Of a DNA stretch of 64,000 bases, positions 46,718 through 57,792 are shown piece by piece (within the stretch, counting starts at the first letter, position 1; the number at the start of each line of letters is the position of its first letter). The position numbers and the translations under genes are program-made. This DNA comes from Rickettsiales bacterium (GTDB lineage Bacteria; Pseudomonadota; Alphaproteobacteria; Methylaequorales; Methylaequoraceae): positions 2,587 through 66,586 of the forward strand of contig NZFP01000009.1 in the NCBI GenBank assembly GCA_002689325.1, in the 5' to 3' direction. The notes under the pieces were generated by a model. It was given only the letters and a program-made list of their open reading frames with translations. It was not told where the DNA came from and searched no databases.

Positions 46718-49051
46718 CTACAAAATTATTATTTTACTGTTTGATTCAAGAATCAGTCTTTCTAAATTGTTTTTAGGAGTATAAGTCTTCAATTTTTTCT
46801 TTTTATAATAAAAGTTTTTTTTAATTATCTTTTCAAGATATTCAAAATATACTAAGTAATGTTTCTTGGATATTTTAATTAAATAAAACCCCATTCTTCT
46901 GTAAATTTCTTTTTCTTTCTTACTAAAAGATGATTTCTTTAATGCATAATAATTTTTTTCCAGAAAGTTGCTTAACAACTTTTCAAAAAATATATTTATT
47001 AAAGTTTGCCTAAATAATTTTGCACCTTTGGATTTAAAAAAAAGAAAAAAAACACCAGTTTGTAGGCCGCATTCTCGAAGACTTTTTAATTCATCAGATT
47101 TCAAGTATTTATAATAATGAGCAACGTTTTCTCTCTTACAATGACCAAGGTTTTCAACTAAAGAATAAATAACTGCCCTTAAGTTACTTGAAGGTTTTCC
47201 TATCAAATTAATTTTTTTTATAAATCCGATATTTTGTGAAAAATAATGTTCAAAACATTTTCTGATTCGTAATTCAATTTCTTTTTTGTAATTTGAAAAA
47301 AAATCATCGAAAAAAACTTTAATTTTTGGATTAGAAATTTCAGAATTTTTCAATAATTTTGCTATCAAATTTTTTTTCCATAAAATTTCTCCATTAACCT
47401 TGAAATCAAAATCAGAAGATTTTGAGTTTTTAAATTCATCAATCTTCTGCTTTGCAAAAAATGCTAAATGTTTTTTTAGAATTTTATTATTGTAAATATT
47501 GTTATTTTTAAATGAATGATTAACTATAAATCTAAATCCTTGCAGCTTTCCAATAGTTTCTCTACCAAATTGAACAAAATTCTTTGTATCAAGTTTAATA
47601 AATGATTTTTCTAAAGTTTTGTCAAAGTTAGATTTTAATCCTTTAAACTCTCCAACAAATTCGTTAATTAATTGACTGTGAAGTGTTATTGATAAATCAA
47701 ACTCTATGGCTTTAATTTTCTGTTGAAGTAAATAGTTATTTTCCATCCAGTCACCTTTAAAAGCTAAAAATGACCATTTTCTAATCTGTGAAATTTTATG
47801 ATTTAATTCTGAAATTTTCGCAGTCTTTTTTTTTATATTTTTTAACTTATCATCAACCCACGAAGCTGGGATCATTTTTTTTTTATCAACCAAAAACTCA
47901 AAAACCTTTTTTAAGAATCTTGTATGAAACTCATCTAACTCTCTTGAGTAATCTGGTGTTCTACAAAGTTCCCACAACTTTTTTAAAATTAATGGATTAA
48001 TTATTTTTTTGTTTACAAAATCATCTTCCAGTAAAATTCTTAAAAATCTTTGATCACTTGCATTCTTTTTTTGAATAAAATAGCTTTTATCTGCTTTTTT
48101 ATTTATTGAGTTAAGAAGAGAATTTTTATTAGAAAAATTTAATAATGAATTTCTCCAGTAAACCTTTTGAATTTCAGTGTATTTATAATTTTCAACAAAA
48201 CTAATTGACTCCTGACTCAATGACTTCAAATTTCCAGTTGTACCAAAAAAGCCATCGTTAAGATATCGCCCGGCCCTACCAGCAATCTGAGAAATTTCGT
48301 CATAAGTCAGTTTTCTTTCTCTATGGCCATCAAATTTTTTGATACTCGAAAAAAAAATATTTTTTATATTTAGGTTTAAACCTAGTCCAATTGCATCAGT
48401 CGCAACAATATGATCAACTTTACCATCCTCAAAAAGTTTAACTTGAGCATTTCTTACGTCAGGTGAGAGTGCTCCCATAACAACAGATACTCCTCCATGA
48501 GCCTGTCTAATCTTATTGGCTATTTCATAAACATCTATCAGAGAGAAAGCGATGATTGCAGATCTATTTGGCAAACGAGTTAAATTTTTATATCCACAAT
48601 ACGATAAATTTGACAAGCGAGGTTTTTTTTTAATAAGGATTTCTGGATAAATTTTTTTAATTACATTTTCTATACTTAATGAACCCAAAAACATTGTTTC
48701 TTTCTTCCCTTTTTTATTTAAAATCTTCTCGGTAAAAAGATGACCTCTCTCATAATCTGAACATAACTGTACTTCATCAATCGCAACAAAATCAAAATTG
48801 TTATCAGGGATTGATTCAACTGTGCAAAAAAAATATTTTGCTTCCTTTGGAATTATTTTTTCTTCACCCGTAACTAATGCGACGCAATCTTCTCCAACTT
48901 GTTTTTTAACATAATCAAAATTTTCTCTAGCTAACAATCTGAGAGGAAAGCCAATAACCCCATTTGAATAACTTAAAAGTTTCTCGATAGCCGAGAATGT
49001 TTTTCCTGTATTCGTTGGTCCAAGTGTCGCTGAAATTTTAGTCAATTTCAT
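46718..49051 (-). CDS. SUV3-like helicase
   Basis: LGPTNTGKT, PLRLLARE, IDEVQ, ATDAIGLGLN, QIAGRAGR. Confidence 0.88.
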   Translation of the reverse strand: MKLTKISATLGPTNTGKTFSAIEKLLSYSNGVIGFPLRLLARENFDYVKKQVGEDCVALVTGEEKIIPKEAKYFFCTVESIPDNNFDFVAIDEVQLCSDYERGHLFTEKILNKKGKKETMFLGSLSIENVIKKIYPEILIKKKPRLSNLSYCGYKNLTRLPNRSAIIAFSLIDVYEIANKIRQAHGGVSVVMGALSPDVRNAQVKLFEDGKVDHIVATDAIGLGLNLNIKNIFFSSIKKFDGHRERKLTYDEISQIAGRAGRYLNDGFFGTTGNLKSLSQESISFVENYKYTEIQKVYWRNSLLNFSNKNSLLNSINKKADKSYFIQKKNASDQRFLRILLEDDFVNKKIINPLILKKLWELCRTPDYSRELDEFHTRFLKKVFEFLVDKKKMIPASWVDDKLKNIKKKTAKISELNHKISQIRKWSFLAFKGDWMENNYLLQQKIKAIEFDLSITLHSQLINEFVGEFKGLKSNFDKTLEKSFIKLDTKNFVQFGRETIGKLQGFRFIVNHSFKNNNIYNNKILKKHLAFFAKQKIDEFKNSKSSDFDFKVNGEILWKKNLIAKLLKNSEISNPKIKVFFDDFFSNYKKEIELRIRKCFEHYFSQNIGFIKKINLIGKPSSNLRAVIYSLVENLGHCKRENVAHYYKYLKSDELKSLRECGLQTGVFFLFFKSKGAKLFRQTLINIFFEKLLSNFLEKNYYALKKSSFSKKEKEIYRRMGFYLIKISKKHYLVYFEYLEKIIKKNFYYKKKKLKTYTPKNNLERLILESNSKIIIL

Positions 49052-49078
49052 TGGAAATACTAATAAATATATTTCTTT

Positions 49079-51688
49079 TTAGTCTTTTATTAAATTAAAT
49101 ACATAAGGTAAAATACCATCGTTAGTGAAATAATCGACCTCTTTCACAGTATCAATTCTAGAAATAACACTGATTTCTTTCACTGAATCCGGATAATTGA
49201 TTTTAATTTTTAATTTTTGGTTTGGTTTAGAAGAAATCTTATTTATATTGCCAATGTCAAATGTTTCATTTCCATTCAATTTTAAATCAGATAGGTTTGT
49301 ATTTTTCATTTCCAGCGGTAAAACACCCATCCCAACCAAATTAGATCTGTGAATCCTTTCAAAACTTTCTGCTAAAACCACTCTAACACCTAATAATTTT
49401 GTTCCTTTTGCCGCCCAGTCTCTTGATGATCCTGTTCCGTATTCTTTACCTGCTACCACAATTAAAGGAACTTTTTGATTCGAATACATTTCGGCAATAT
49501 TATAAACTTCATCTTCAATTTCTGAGGGGAAATGTTTTGAATAGCCACCTTGTCTATTAACCATTAAATTTTTAATTCTTAAATTTGAAAAAGTTCCTCT
49601 CACCATAATTTCATGATTTCCTCTACGTGCACCAAAAGAATTAAAATTATCATGCTTAATTTGTCTCTCTAATAAGTATTTGCCTGCCTCACTTTTTTCT
49701 TTAATAACACCGGCGGGAGAAATATGATCTGTAGTAATAGAGTCGCCAAGTATAAGCAAAGGCCTGGCTTCAAGAATATCATTACTTTTACTTAATTCAT
49801 TTTCTAAAAACGGAGGCTTTTTTATATATGTTGAATTAATAGACCAGTTGAAGGTAGAAGAACTTTTAATTTTTATTGCTTCCCAACTGGAGTCTCCTTT
49901 AAAAATGTTTTTATAATTTTTTTTAAATAACTCTACTTTTAATATTTTTTCACTTAATAAATTTACTTCTTTTGACGAAGGCCAAAGATCCTTTAAAAAA
50001 ATTTTTTTACCTTTAACGGTTCCTATTTCTTCTTTATCAAAATCAATATTAATTCTTCCCGATAAAGCATAAATAATCACTAAGGGTGGGGATGCTAAAA
50101 AATTAGATTTAATTTGAGGGTGTATTCTTCCTTCAAAATTTCTATTTCCTGAAATGACACTACACACATTTAAGTTGTTTTCTTCAATTTCATTTGAAAC
50201 TTTGTTATCTAGTGGCCCCGAATTGCCGATACAAGTTGTGCAACCATATCCAACAATGTTAAATCCAAGTTTATTTAAAAAAAATTGTAAGTTAGCTTTA
50301 TTTAAATATTCTCTTACGACTTTACTACCAGGAGCAAAAGAGGTTTTTACCCACCAAGGAACTCTCAAACCTAATTCAACAGCCTTTTTTGCAATAAGTC
50401 CGGACATTATCAAAACTATTGGGTTGGAAGTATTAGTGCAACTTGTAATAGCCGCTAAACAAACTTTACCGTTTGTTAGAGAATCATTGTTATTTGTAAG
50501 TAATTTTTTTTCGTTACTATCTAGAGAATTCATGTATGTTTTTGGAATATCTCGTAAAATAATTCTATCTTGTGGTCTCTTAGGGCCTGAAACACAAGCT
50601 TCTATCTTTGATAAATCTATTTTTAAATTGTCCGCATACTTTATTTTTTTTGAATTTTCATCATGCCATAAATGTTGAGATTTACAATAATTCTCAATCA
50701 TCACAATTTTCTTCTCGTCTCTTCCTGTCAATCTTAGATACTTTAAAGTTTCGTTATCCATGGGAAATAAACCACATGTTGCACCGTATTCAGGCGCCAT
50801 ATTAGAAATAGTTGACCTCTCTGATAGTGAAAGTGAAGACAGACCATCACCATAAAATTCAACAAATTTACCTACAACATTAATTTTTCTTAATTTTTCA
50901 GTTATAGTTAAAACAACGTCAGTTGCTGTAACACCCTCTTTCAAGTTTCCTTCTAGCATTACACCAACTACTTCAGGAATCTTCATAGAAATAGGTTGGC
51001 CGAGCATTACTGCTTCAGCCTCAATACCTCCAACACCCCATCCAAGTACAGACAAAGCATTAACCATAGTCGTATGACTATCAGTCCCAACAACTGAATC
51101 CAAAAATAAGATTTTTTTTTTCTCACAAACAATTTCTGTTAAATACTCAATATTAATTTGATGACAAATACCAGAACCTGGCGGAAAAAGAGAAAAGTTC
51201 TTGAGAGATTTCTGTGCCCATTTAAGTAATGAATATCTCTCAGAATTTCTTAAAAACTCATTTTTAACATTGATCTTTAAAGAATCATCACTTGATGAGC
51301 TATCAACTGATATTGAGTGGTCGACAATAAGACTTACGGGCACTAATGGATTAATTAATTCAGGGTCCCGCTTCTTTTTTGCCATTTTATCCCTCATTGA
51401 GGCAAGATCAGCTATTGCTGGAACTCCAGTATAATCTTGCATTAACACTCTGCTAGGAGAAAAAAAAATTTCACTACCATGTTTCATTTTAATAAGATTT
51501 ATAATTTCTAACTTTTTATCTGATGAGGAGTTGTTTTTTCTTATCAAATTTTCTAGAAGTAACCTGTAACTAAAGGGAAGACTTGATAACTCAAACTTAA
51601 TTAAATCTTGAGCTTTTTCCAAACTAAAGAAACTAAATTTCTTATCAAATGTAAGTTCATCTAAAAATTTATTTGACTCAAAATCCAT
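49079..51688 (-). CDS. acnA: Aconitate hydratase A
   Basis: RVLMQDYTG, DSHT, AAITSCTNTSN, GYGCTTCIGNSG, GSSRDWAAKG. Confidence 0.95.
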   Translation of the reverse strand: MDFESNKFLDELTFDKKFSFFSLEKAQDLIKFELSSLPFSYRLLLENLIRKNNSSSDKKLEIINLIKMKHGSEIFFSPSRVLMQDYTGVPAIADLASMRDKMAKKKRDPELINPLVPVSLIVDHSISVDSSSSDDSLKINVKNEFLRNSERYSLLKWAQKSLKNFSLFPPGSGICHQINIEYLTEIVCEKKKILFLDSVVGTDSHTTMVNALSVLGWGVGGIEAEAVMLGQPISMKIPEVVGVMLEGNLKEGVTATDVVLTITEKLRKINVVGKFVEFYGDGLSSLSLSERSTISNMAPEYGATCGLFPMDNETLKYLRLTGRDEKKIVMIENYCKSQHLWHDENSKKIKYADNLKIDLSKIEACVSGPKRPQDRIILRDIPKTYMNSLDSNEKKLLTNNNDSLTNGKVCLAAITSCTNTSNPIVLIMSGLIAKKAVELGLRVPWWVKTSFAPGSKVVREYLNKANLQFFLNKLGFNIVGYGCTTCIGNSGPLDNKVSNEIEENNLNVCSVISGNRNFEGRIHPQIKSNFLASPPLVIIYALSGRINIDFDKEEIGTVKGKKIFLKDLWPSSKEVNLLSEKILKVELFKKNYKNIFKGDSSWEAIKIKSSSTFNWSINSTYIKKPPFLENELSKSNDILEARPLLILGDSITTDHISPAGVIKEKSEAGKYLLERQIKHDNFNSFGARRGNHEIMVRGTFSNLRIKNLMVNRQGGYSKHFPSEIEDEVYNIAEMYSNQKVPLIVVAGKEYGTGSSRDWAAKGTKLLGVRVVLAESFERIHRSNLVGMGVLPLEMKNTNLSDLKLNGNETFDIGNINKISSKPNQKLKIKINYPDSVKEISVISRIDTVKEVDYFTNDGILPYVFNLIKD

Positions 51689-51731
51689 ATTTTTTGTTAA
51701 TAGGTTATTATACTATTTAAAGACAATAATT

Positions 51732-52394
51732 ATGTTAGAAGTTAATTCAATATATCTTTACAGAAATAGAAAGCAAGTTTTCGACAACTTCAGCTTAAAT
51801 TTAAATAAAAGTGAAATTATACAGTTGGAGGGAGAAAATGGCGTTGGTAAAACAAGCTTGTTAAATATGATATCTGGTTTAATTAGTCCAGATAAAGGGT
51901 TTATAGAAATTTGTAAAAAAGATATTACCGAATTAGGTAAATACAAAAAAAAAAAGTTCACTTATATTCCTGATAAAAATTGTTTAAAGGAAAATTTTAC
52001 TGTTAACGAGAATCTAAAAAGTTGGATGAAACTGTCTAATCTAGGAACGAATTATAACACCTACCAAAAAGCACTAAATACATTTTCTTTAAATGATATT
52101 CAAGGATCCCTTGTAAAAAACCTCTCACAAGGTCAAAAAAAAAAAGTAGCTCTTACTAAATTGTTATTTTCAGAATCTAAACTTTGGCTATTAGATGAAC
52201 CACTTAATGGTATTGATACAAAAACGAAAATGACATTAAAAAAAATTATGATCCAACACCTTAAACAAAATGGATCAATTCTATTTTCAAGTCATGTTAA
52301 GTCAAATATGAAACTAACAAGAAGAATTATTTTAAAAAAAATAATTAAAAAATTAAATATTCAATTATTAGATAAATGGGAAAATTTTAAATGA
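51732..52394 (+). CDS. ccmA: Heme ABC exporter ATPase
   Basis: GENGVGKT, LSQGQKKK, LWLLDEP; operon context. Confidence 0.88.
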   Translation: MLEVNSIYLYRNRKQVFDNFSLNLNKSEIIQLEGENGVGKTSLLNMISGLISPDKGFIEICKKDITELGKYKKKKFTYIPDKNCLKENFTVNENLKSWMKLSNLGTNYNTYQKALNTFSLNDIQGSLVKNLSQGQKKKVALTKLLFSESKLWLLDEPLNGIDTKTKMTLKKIMIQHLKQNGSILFSSHVKSNMKLTRRIILKKIIKKLNIQLLDKWENFK

Positions 52395-53053
52395 GAGATT
52401 TCAAAAATTTAATTTTCAGAGAATTCATTATTACATTTAAAAATACAAAAAGTTTGTACTCCTATTGTACATTTTTCTTCACATCGATGCTTCTTTTTGT
52501 TTTTGCAATTGGTCCAGATATTTCAATTCTTTCGCCTATATATAAACCAGTTTTATGGATGATAACAATTTTTTCCTTGATTTTAATTTCAGAAAGTTTT
52601 GTTTTTGAAGATTTCCTAGACGGGAGTTTATCAGAGCTTCAGTTTTTAGGCTACTCTGAGGAAAATATATTTCTTTCAAAATGTTTGGTAATGTTTATGT
52701 CCTTAATCATACCTAATATTTTTTTGATTCCCATCTCATCTATTTTATTTGAAATTAATTTTCTTGATGTAATAGAACTTACAACACTATTTATAGTTTC
52801 TCTGCCAACCATTACTTTAATTTCGATACTTTCAGCTTTTTTTTCGTTGCAAGTAAAAAGAAACAAATTTATTCAATTTATTTTAATTATGCCATTTTTT
52901 ATTCCTATAATCATTTTTGCCACATCAGAAAATTTTTTTGTCGCAAATTTGGGTAATGAATTTAAAATATTAGTTTTAATTGGTTTGTTTTTAATTACAT
53001 TACCATTATCTATCCTAGTAGGAAAATTAATCATTAAGGAATTAAATTATTAG
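52391..53053 (+). CDS. ccmB: Heme exporter permease
   Basis: Hydrophobic protein with FAIGP and EDFLDGSL; context. Confidence 0.85.
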   Translation: MRDFKNLIFREFIITFKNTKSLYSYCTFFFTSMLLFVFAIGPDISILSPIYKPVLWMITIFSLILISESFVFEDFLDGSLSELQFLGYSEENIFLSKCLVMFMSLIIPNIFLIPISSILFEINFLDVIELTTLFIVSLPTITLISILSAFFSLQVKRNKFIQFILIMPFFIPIIIFATSENFFVANLGNEFKILVLIGLFLITLPLSILVGKLIIKELNY

Positions 53054-53770
53054 ATGTTTACTAAATTAGCCAACCCATCAAGTTTTCAAAAACTTTCTGA
53101 TTTTATTTATCCGAAATGTTTTTTTCTTTTTATTATTTTTTTAATTTCAGGTTTTTATTATGCTTTTTTCATTAGTCCACCTGATTACTTGCAGGGAGAA
53201 ACTGTAAGAATTATGTATATTCATGTTCCATGTGCATGGCTTTCGCTTGGAATATACTCTATGATGGCTGGTTGTAGTTTTTTTTCAATTGTCTTTAAAC
53301 ATACTTTGGCTGATATTATTAGTAGAGCATGTGCTCCGCTTGGAGCTTGTTTTACGCTAGCAACCCTAATCACAGGTTCAATTTGGGGCAAACCAACGTG
53401 GGGGACATGGTGGGTATGGGATGCACGATTAACATCTGAGTTAGTATTATTATTTATTTACCTTGGTCATATTTTTATTTCTAATGCTTATGAAGATAAA
53501 AGAAAAGGTGATAGATATGCCGCAATTTTAACTCTATTAGGTATAGTAAATTTACCGATAATCAAGTGGTCTGTTGACTGGTGGAATACCTTACATCAAC
53601 CTGCTAGCATTTCAAAGTTTAGTTCTCCTAATATTGATTCAAGTATGATGTTACCACTTTTCTTAATGGTATTTTCCTTTTTATTTTTTTTTATATCCTT
53701 AGTCCTATTAAGAATTAAAAGTGAAGTTATTTCACGTAAACTTGAAATTTTGGAACAACATGGATCTTAA
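53054..53770 (+). CDS. ccmC: Heme exporter protein C
   Basis: WWD motif WGKPTWGTWWVWDARLTS; WNTLHQ. Confidence 0.95.
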   Translation: MFTKLANPSSFQKLSDFIYPKCFFLFIIFLISGFYYAFFISPPDYLQGETVRIMYIHVPCAWLSLGIYSMMAGCSFFSIVFKHTLADIISRACAPLGACFTLATLITGSIWGKPTWGTWWVWDARLTSELVLLFIYLGHIFISNAYEDKRKGDRYAAILTLLGIVNLPIIKWSVDWWNTLHQPASISKFSSPNIDSSMMLPLFLMVFSFLFFFISLVLLRIKSEVISRKLEILEQHGS

Positions 53771-53771
53771 T

Positions 53772-53930
53772 ATGGAAGTTTTTTTAAATTTTTTAAATTC
53801 AAAAGAGCATTTTTATTATGTTATTTCTTCTTATTGTGTTGTATTTTTTTTACTTGGCATAATTTTTTTTGAAACATTTTATAAAGTCAAAAAACTTCAA
53901 AAAAAGCTTAATCAAAAATTAGATAAATGA
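53772..53930 (+). CDS. ccmD: Heme exporter protein D
   Basis: Small single-TM protein (YYVISSY) with a basic tail, between ccmC and ccmE. Start is 53760 or 53772. Confidence 0.7.
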   Translation: MEVFLNFLNSKEHFYYVISSYCVVFFLLGIIFFETFYKVKKLQKKLNQKLDK

Positions 53931-54368
53931 AACTTAAAACACAAAGACTTTTGAAAGTATCTTCACTACTCATTATTTTTTTAATTGGTTGTTTCATACT
54001 TTTTTATAATCTTAAAAACAATCTTGTTTTTTTTTTCTCACCTAGTGAAATTCTAGAAAAAGAAATATCATCCATAGAAAATGTTAGACTTGGTGGAATG
54101 GTTAAAAAAGGAAGTGTTAAAAAAAAAAGAAATTGAAATAGAATCAAAAAAAGTTCAAGAAACAGTTTTCACGGTAACTGATTTTGAAAAGGAAATATCT
54201 GTTTACTATATTGGGATTTTACCTGATCTGTTTTCAGAGGGTCAAGGTGTTGTAGTTGAAGGCAATCTCGTTAACAAAAATAGATTTAAAGCTAAAGTAG
54301 TACTTGCTAAGCATGACGAAAACTACATGCCTCCAGAACTTGATAATATTATAAAACCAACTAATTAA
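53927..54368 (+). CDS. ccmE: Heme chaperone CcmE, split by a +1 frameshift in A10 (54119-54128)
   Basis: FFFSPSE, RLGGMV in the first frame; GILPDLF.EGQGVV and [10 protein letters not shown] in the second; removing one A fuses them. Confidence 0.9.
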
Positions 54369-54373
54369 ATATA

Positions 54374-56287
54374 ATGATTGCTGAACTAGGAGTATTTTTT
54401 TTAATTTTGACCCTCATTGTGTCAAGTTTAGGATTTATTAGTCCTATATTAAAATTTAATGAAAACTCTGAAATTACACAAATAAAAATTAGTAAGCTTA
54501 GTTTTTTTTGTACTATCTCTTCCTTCATTATCCTCACTTATTGCTTCGTAATATCTGATTTTTCATTAAATGTTATTGAGAAAAATTCTAATAGCCAGCT
54601 TCCCCTTGTTTATAAAATAACTGGAGTTTGGGGAAACCATGAAGGATCAATTCTTTTATGGTTATTAGTAATGACATTCTTTGGTTTCCTATTTTCCTGC
54701 CAAAAAAAGATCGATCCAAAGTTCAAGGAAAAAACATTAAATGTTCAAAACACTCTTATTTTTCTCATTTCATTATTTATTTTACTAACCTCAAACCCTT
54801 TTGATAGAACCTTTCCTCCTGCCATAGATGGTGCTGACTTGAATCCTCTCCTTCAGGACCCTGGATTAATTATTCATCCACCATTTTTATATCTAGGGTA
54901 CGTTGGCTCTTCTATAGTTTTTTCAATTTCGATGGCTATTCTAATTCTGAATAACAACACAAAAGAATATTTTGAAATACTAAAACCTTGGATTTTTTTA
55001 TCATGGACTTTTTTATCATGTGGAATAGGACTTGGTAGTTGGTGGGCATATTATGAATTAGGATGGGGTGGTTTTTGGTTCTGGGATCCAGTTGAAAATG
55101 CTTCCTTACTTCCTTGGTTAACATCCTCGGCTTTACTTCATACCATCATCATATCAACAAAAAAGAAATCTTTACAAAACTGGACGCTTTTTTTATCAAT
55201 TATTACCTTTCTTTTAAGTCTATTGGGAACTTTTTTAGTAAGGTCAGGCGTTCTGGTATCAGTTCATGCTTTTGCCAATGATCCAACAAGAGGTGTATTT
55301 ATATTGATACTGTTGCTTGCTATTTCTGCAATAAGTTTTTTTCTTTTTCTTCAAAGAAGTAAAACTTTTTCAAGTAAGTTACAAATTAATTTAGTTTCTA
55401 GAGAAGGAGCCATTTCATTAAATAATATATTTATGTTTACTCTTAGTTTCACAATTCTGTTAGGAACTATTTATCCCCTCTTTTCTAGTGTAGTTTTTAA
55501 TAATAAAATATCTGTTGGAGCTCCTTTTTTTAATTCTATTCTTTCCCCTTTAATGATTCCTATAACACTAGGAATGATGTTTGGGCCATTTCTAAAATGG
55601 GAAAAAGACGATATAGGAAACCTAATTTCTAGAATTAAAATTTTGTTATTAGTTTTATTCCTAATCTCATTAGCTGTTTGGTATCTAAATTTCAAAGGAC
55701 CAATCCTTTCTATAATTTTTTTCGCTTTCTCCGCTTGGATTATCACTAGCTCACTTTTTGAGCTCCTAAAGTATTTATCCTTTAAACCTAAGTTTTCTCT
55801 AAAAAAAATTCCTTTAAAAACATTCTCGCAAGTCTCTGCTCATGTAGGTATCGCTTTAATAATTCTTGGAGCAACTGGCACATCAATACTTAGAATTGAA
55901 CAAATTCAATTTCAAGAGACTAATGAAGTGATCACTACCAAGAATTTTAAAGTAAAATTTTTGGGTGTAAAAATGATTGAGAAAGAAAATTATAAAAGCC
56001 AAATGGGGTTATTTGAAATATATAAAGATAATAAATATATCAAAACACTTAAACCCGAAAAAAGAATGTACAATGCCAACAAACAAGTTACCACCGAAGC
56101 TGCTATACATTCGACCGTATTTGGTGATTTATACATAGCCATTGGTGATGTTAATACTATCAGAAACAACTCTTGGACAACAAGAATCTGGTTCAACTCC
56201 TTCACTATTTGGATTTGGGTTGGTGTATTGTGTTTAGTACTCGGAGGCATTTTATCCATATTCAGGTTCATTAAAGTTAATAAATGA
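54374..56287 (+). CDS. ccmF: Heme lyase CcmF
   Basis: WGNHEGS, LNPLLQ, HPP, WAYYELGWGGFWFWDPVEN, SVHAFA. Confidence 0.95.
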   Translation: MIAELGVFFLILTLIVSSLGFISPILKFNENSEITQIKISKLSFFCTISSFIILTYCFVISDFSLNVIEKNSNSQLPLVYKITGVWGNHEGSILLWLLVMTFFGFLFSCQKKIDPKFKEKTLNVQNTLIFLISLFILLTSNPFDRTFPPAIDGADLNPLLQDPGLIIHPPFLYLGYVGSSIVFSISMAILILNNNTKEYFEILKPWIFLSWTFLSCGIGLGSWWAYYELGWGGFWFWDPVENASLLPWLTSSALLHTIIISTKKKSLQNWTLFLSIITFLLSLLGTFLVRSGVLVSVHAFANDPTRGVFILILLLAISAISFFLFLQRSKTFSSKLQINLVSREGAISLNNIFMFTLSFTILLGTIYPLFSSVVFNNKISVGAPFFNSILSPLMIPITLGMMFGPFLKWEKDDIGNLISRIKILLLVLFLISLAVWYLNFKGPILSIIFFAFSAWIITSSLFELLKYLSFKPKFSLKKIPLKTFSQVSAHVGIALIILGATGTSILRIEQIQFQETNEVITTKNFKVKFLGVKMIEKENYKSQMGLFEIYKDNKYIKTLKPEKRMYNANKQVTTEAAIHSTVFGDLYIAIGDVNTIRNNSWTTRIWFNSFTIWIWVGVLCLVLGGILSIFRFIKVNK

Positions 56288-56784
56288 AATACCTTTTCTT
56301 ATTAATTTTTATGGGCAGCATTGGAATTTTATTTTATAAAGGTCTTAAAATAGACCCATCCATTGTTCCGTCAAATTTGATAGATGAGAAAACTCCAAAT
56401 TTTCAATTAAAAAAAATTGGTAAATACCCCTTATTTAAACCAAATGACTTAAAAAAACCAGAAATTAAAATTGTAAATTTCTTCGCAACATGGTGTGCCC
56501 CATGTAAAGTTGAGCATCCTCAACTTATGAAGCTATCTAGTTCTTTTAAAATTTATGGGATAGCAAAAAAAGATAACACAAAAGAAATAAATAAATGGTT
56601 AAAAAATTATGGTAATCCTTTTGATAAAATAGGTTTAGATAGTGATGGAATTTCCAGTATTGAATGGGGGGTATATGGTCTACCTGAAACCTTTATTATA
56701 AACAAAGATAACAAAATTATTTATAAACATGTTGGACCAATTATGGAAAACGATTTAGAAAAAATTAACATTATTCTGAAATGA
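56284..56784 (+). CDS. ccmG: Thiol:disulfide interchange protein DsbE/CcmG
   Basis: NFFATWCAPC, GVYGLPETF. Confidence 0.92.
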   Translation: MKYLFLLIFMGSIGILFYKGLKIDPSIVPSNLIDEKTPNFQLKKIGKYPLFKPNDLKKPEIKIVNFFATWCAPCKVEHPQLMKLSSSFKIYGIAKKDNTKEINKWLKNYGNPFDKIGLDSDGISSIEWGVYGLPETFIINKDNKIIYKHVGPIMENDLEKINIILK

Positions 56785-57152
56785 AAAAAATTTTAATAGT
56801 TATTTTTCTCTTATATTCTCAGGTTCAGGCTGTTGAACCGGACGAAATACTAGCTGATCAAAAACTTGAAAATGTTGCACGACTTATTGGAAAAGAACTT
56901 AGATGTTTAGTTTGTCAAAATGAAGACATCGAAAACTCTAACGCTGATATGGCCAGAGATTTAAGAGTTTTGGTAAGAAAAATGCTTTCAGAAGGAAAAA
57001 CTAAGGATGAAATAGTATCTTATATTCATTCACGATATGGTGACTTTGTGTTATTCAACCCTCCTGTAAGATATGACACGCTTTTACTTTGGTTACTTCC
57101 CATTATTTTTTTAATATTACTTAGCTATACTTTTTTCAGAAAGAAACACTAA
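56781..57152 (+). CDS. ccmH: Cytochrome c biogenesis protein CcmH/CycL
   Basis: LRCLVCQNE, RYGDFVL. Confidence 0.93.
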   Translation: MKKILIVIFLLYSQVQAVEPDEILADQKLENVARLIGKELRCLVCQNEDIENSNADMARDLRVLVRKMLSEGKTKDEIVSYIHSRYGDFVLFNPPVRYDTLLLWLLPIIFLILLSYTFFRKKH

Positions 57153-57792
57153 ATGTTTTGGTTTTTTCTTATAATTTTTTTTCTTATAATTTTTCTATTT
57201 TCAATTTTCTTATATAATCCAAAAGTCTCAAAAAAAAAAATTCTTCATAACATTTTTGTCTATTACATTTTCAACTTTGTTGATTTATTTTTTTAAAGGG
57301 AATAAAGAAGCATTTTTTTTTGAAAATCTTGTAAACAAAGAAATAAATAAAATTACAAATAATCCTGAAAGTCTTAAGAAGATAAATCCCCAAAAAATAA
57401 TTTTTTTTTTGGAGTCAAAACTTAGGGAAAACCCTATGGACTTAGAGGGCTGGAAACTTTTAGCTCGTACATGTTTAATGACAGGACATATACAAAAAGC
57501 TGAAGTACATTATACAAAAGCTCTAAAATATTTTCCCTTAAATGAAACTTTAATATATGAATACGCAGTTTTAAAAAAAAACACCGACCAATTAAATGGT
57601 GCACTTAAACTTTTAAAAAAAGTTGATGTTAAAAAAACTGAAGATAAGGAACTTATTTACTTTTATCTTAAATTATTGAAAGAAACAACCAACAGAGAGG
57701 TGCTTAATAAAAAAATTAGTGAATTAGAGAATAATAAGAATATTGATTCCTCAGAAAAAAAAAATATTTTTAAAAAACTTAAGATAAATTAG
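57153..57792 (+). CDS. CcmI/CycH-like TPR membrane protein, split by a +1 frameshift in A11 (57230-57240)
   Basis: ATG directly after the ccmH stop encodes a TM segment; removing one A joins it to ORF 57256-57792 (LRENPMDLEGWKLLAR TPR). Confidence 0.7.
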
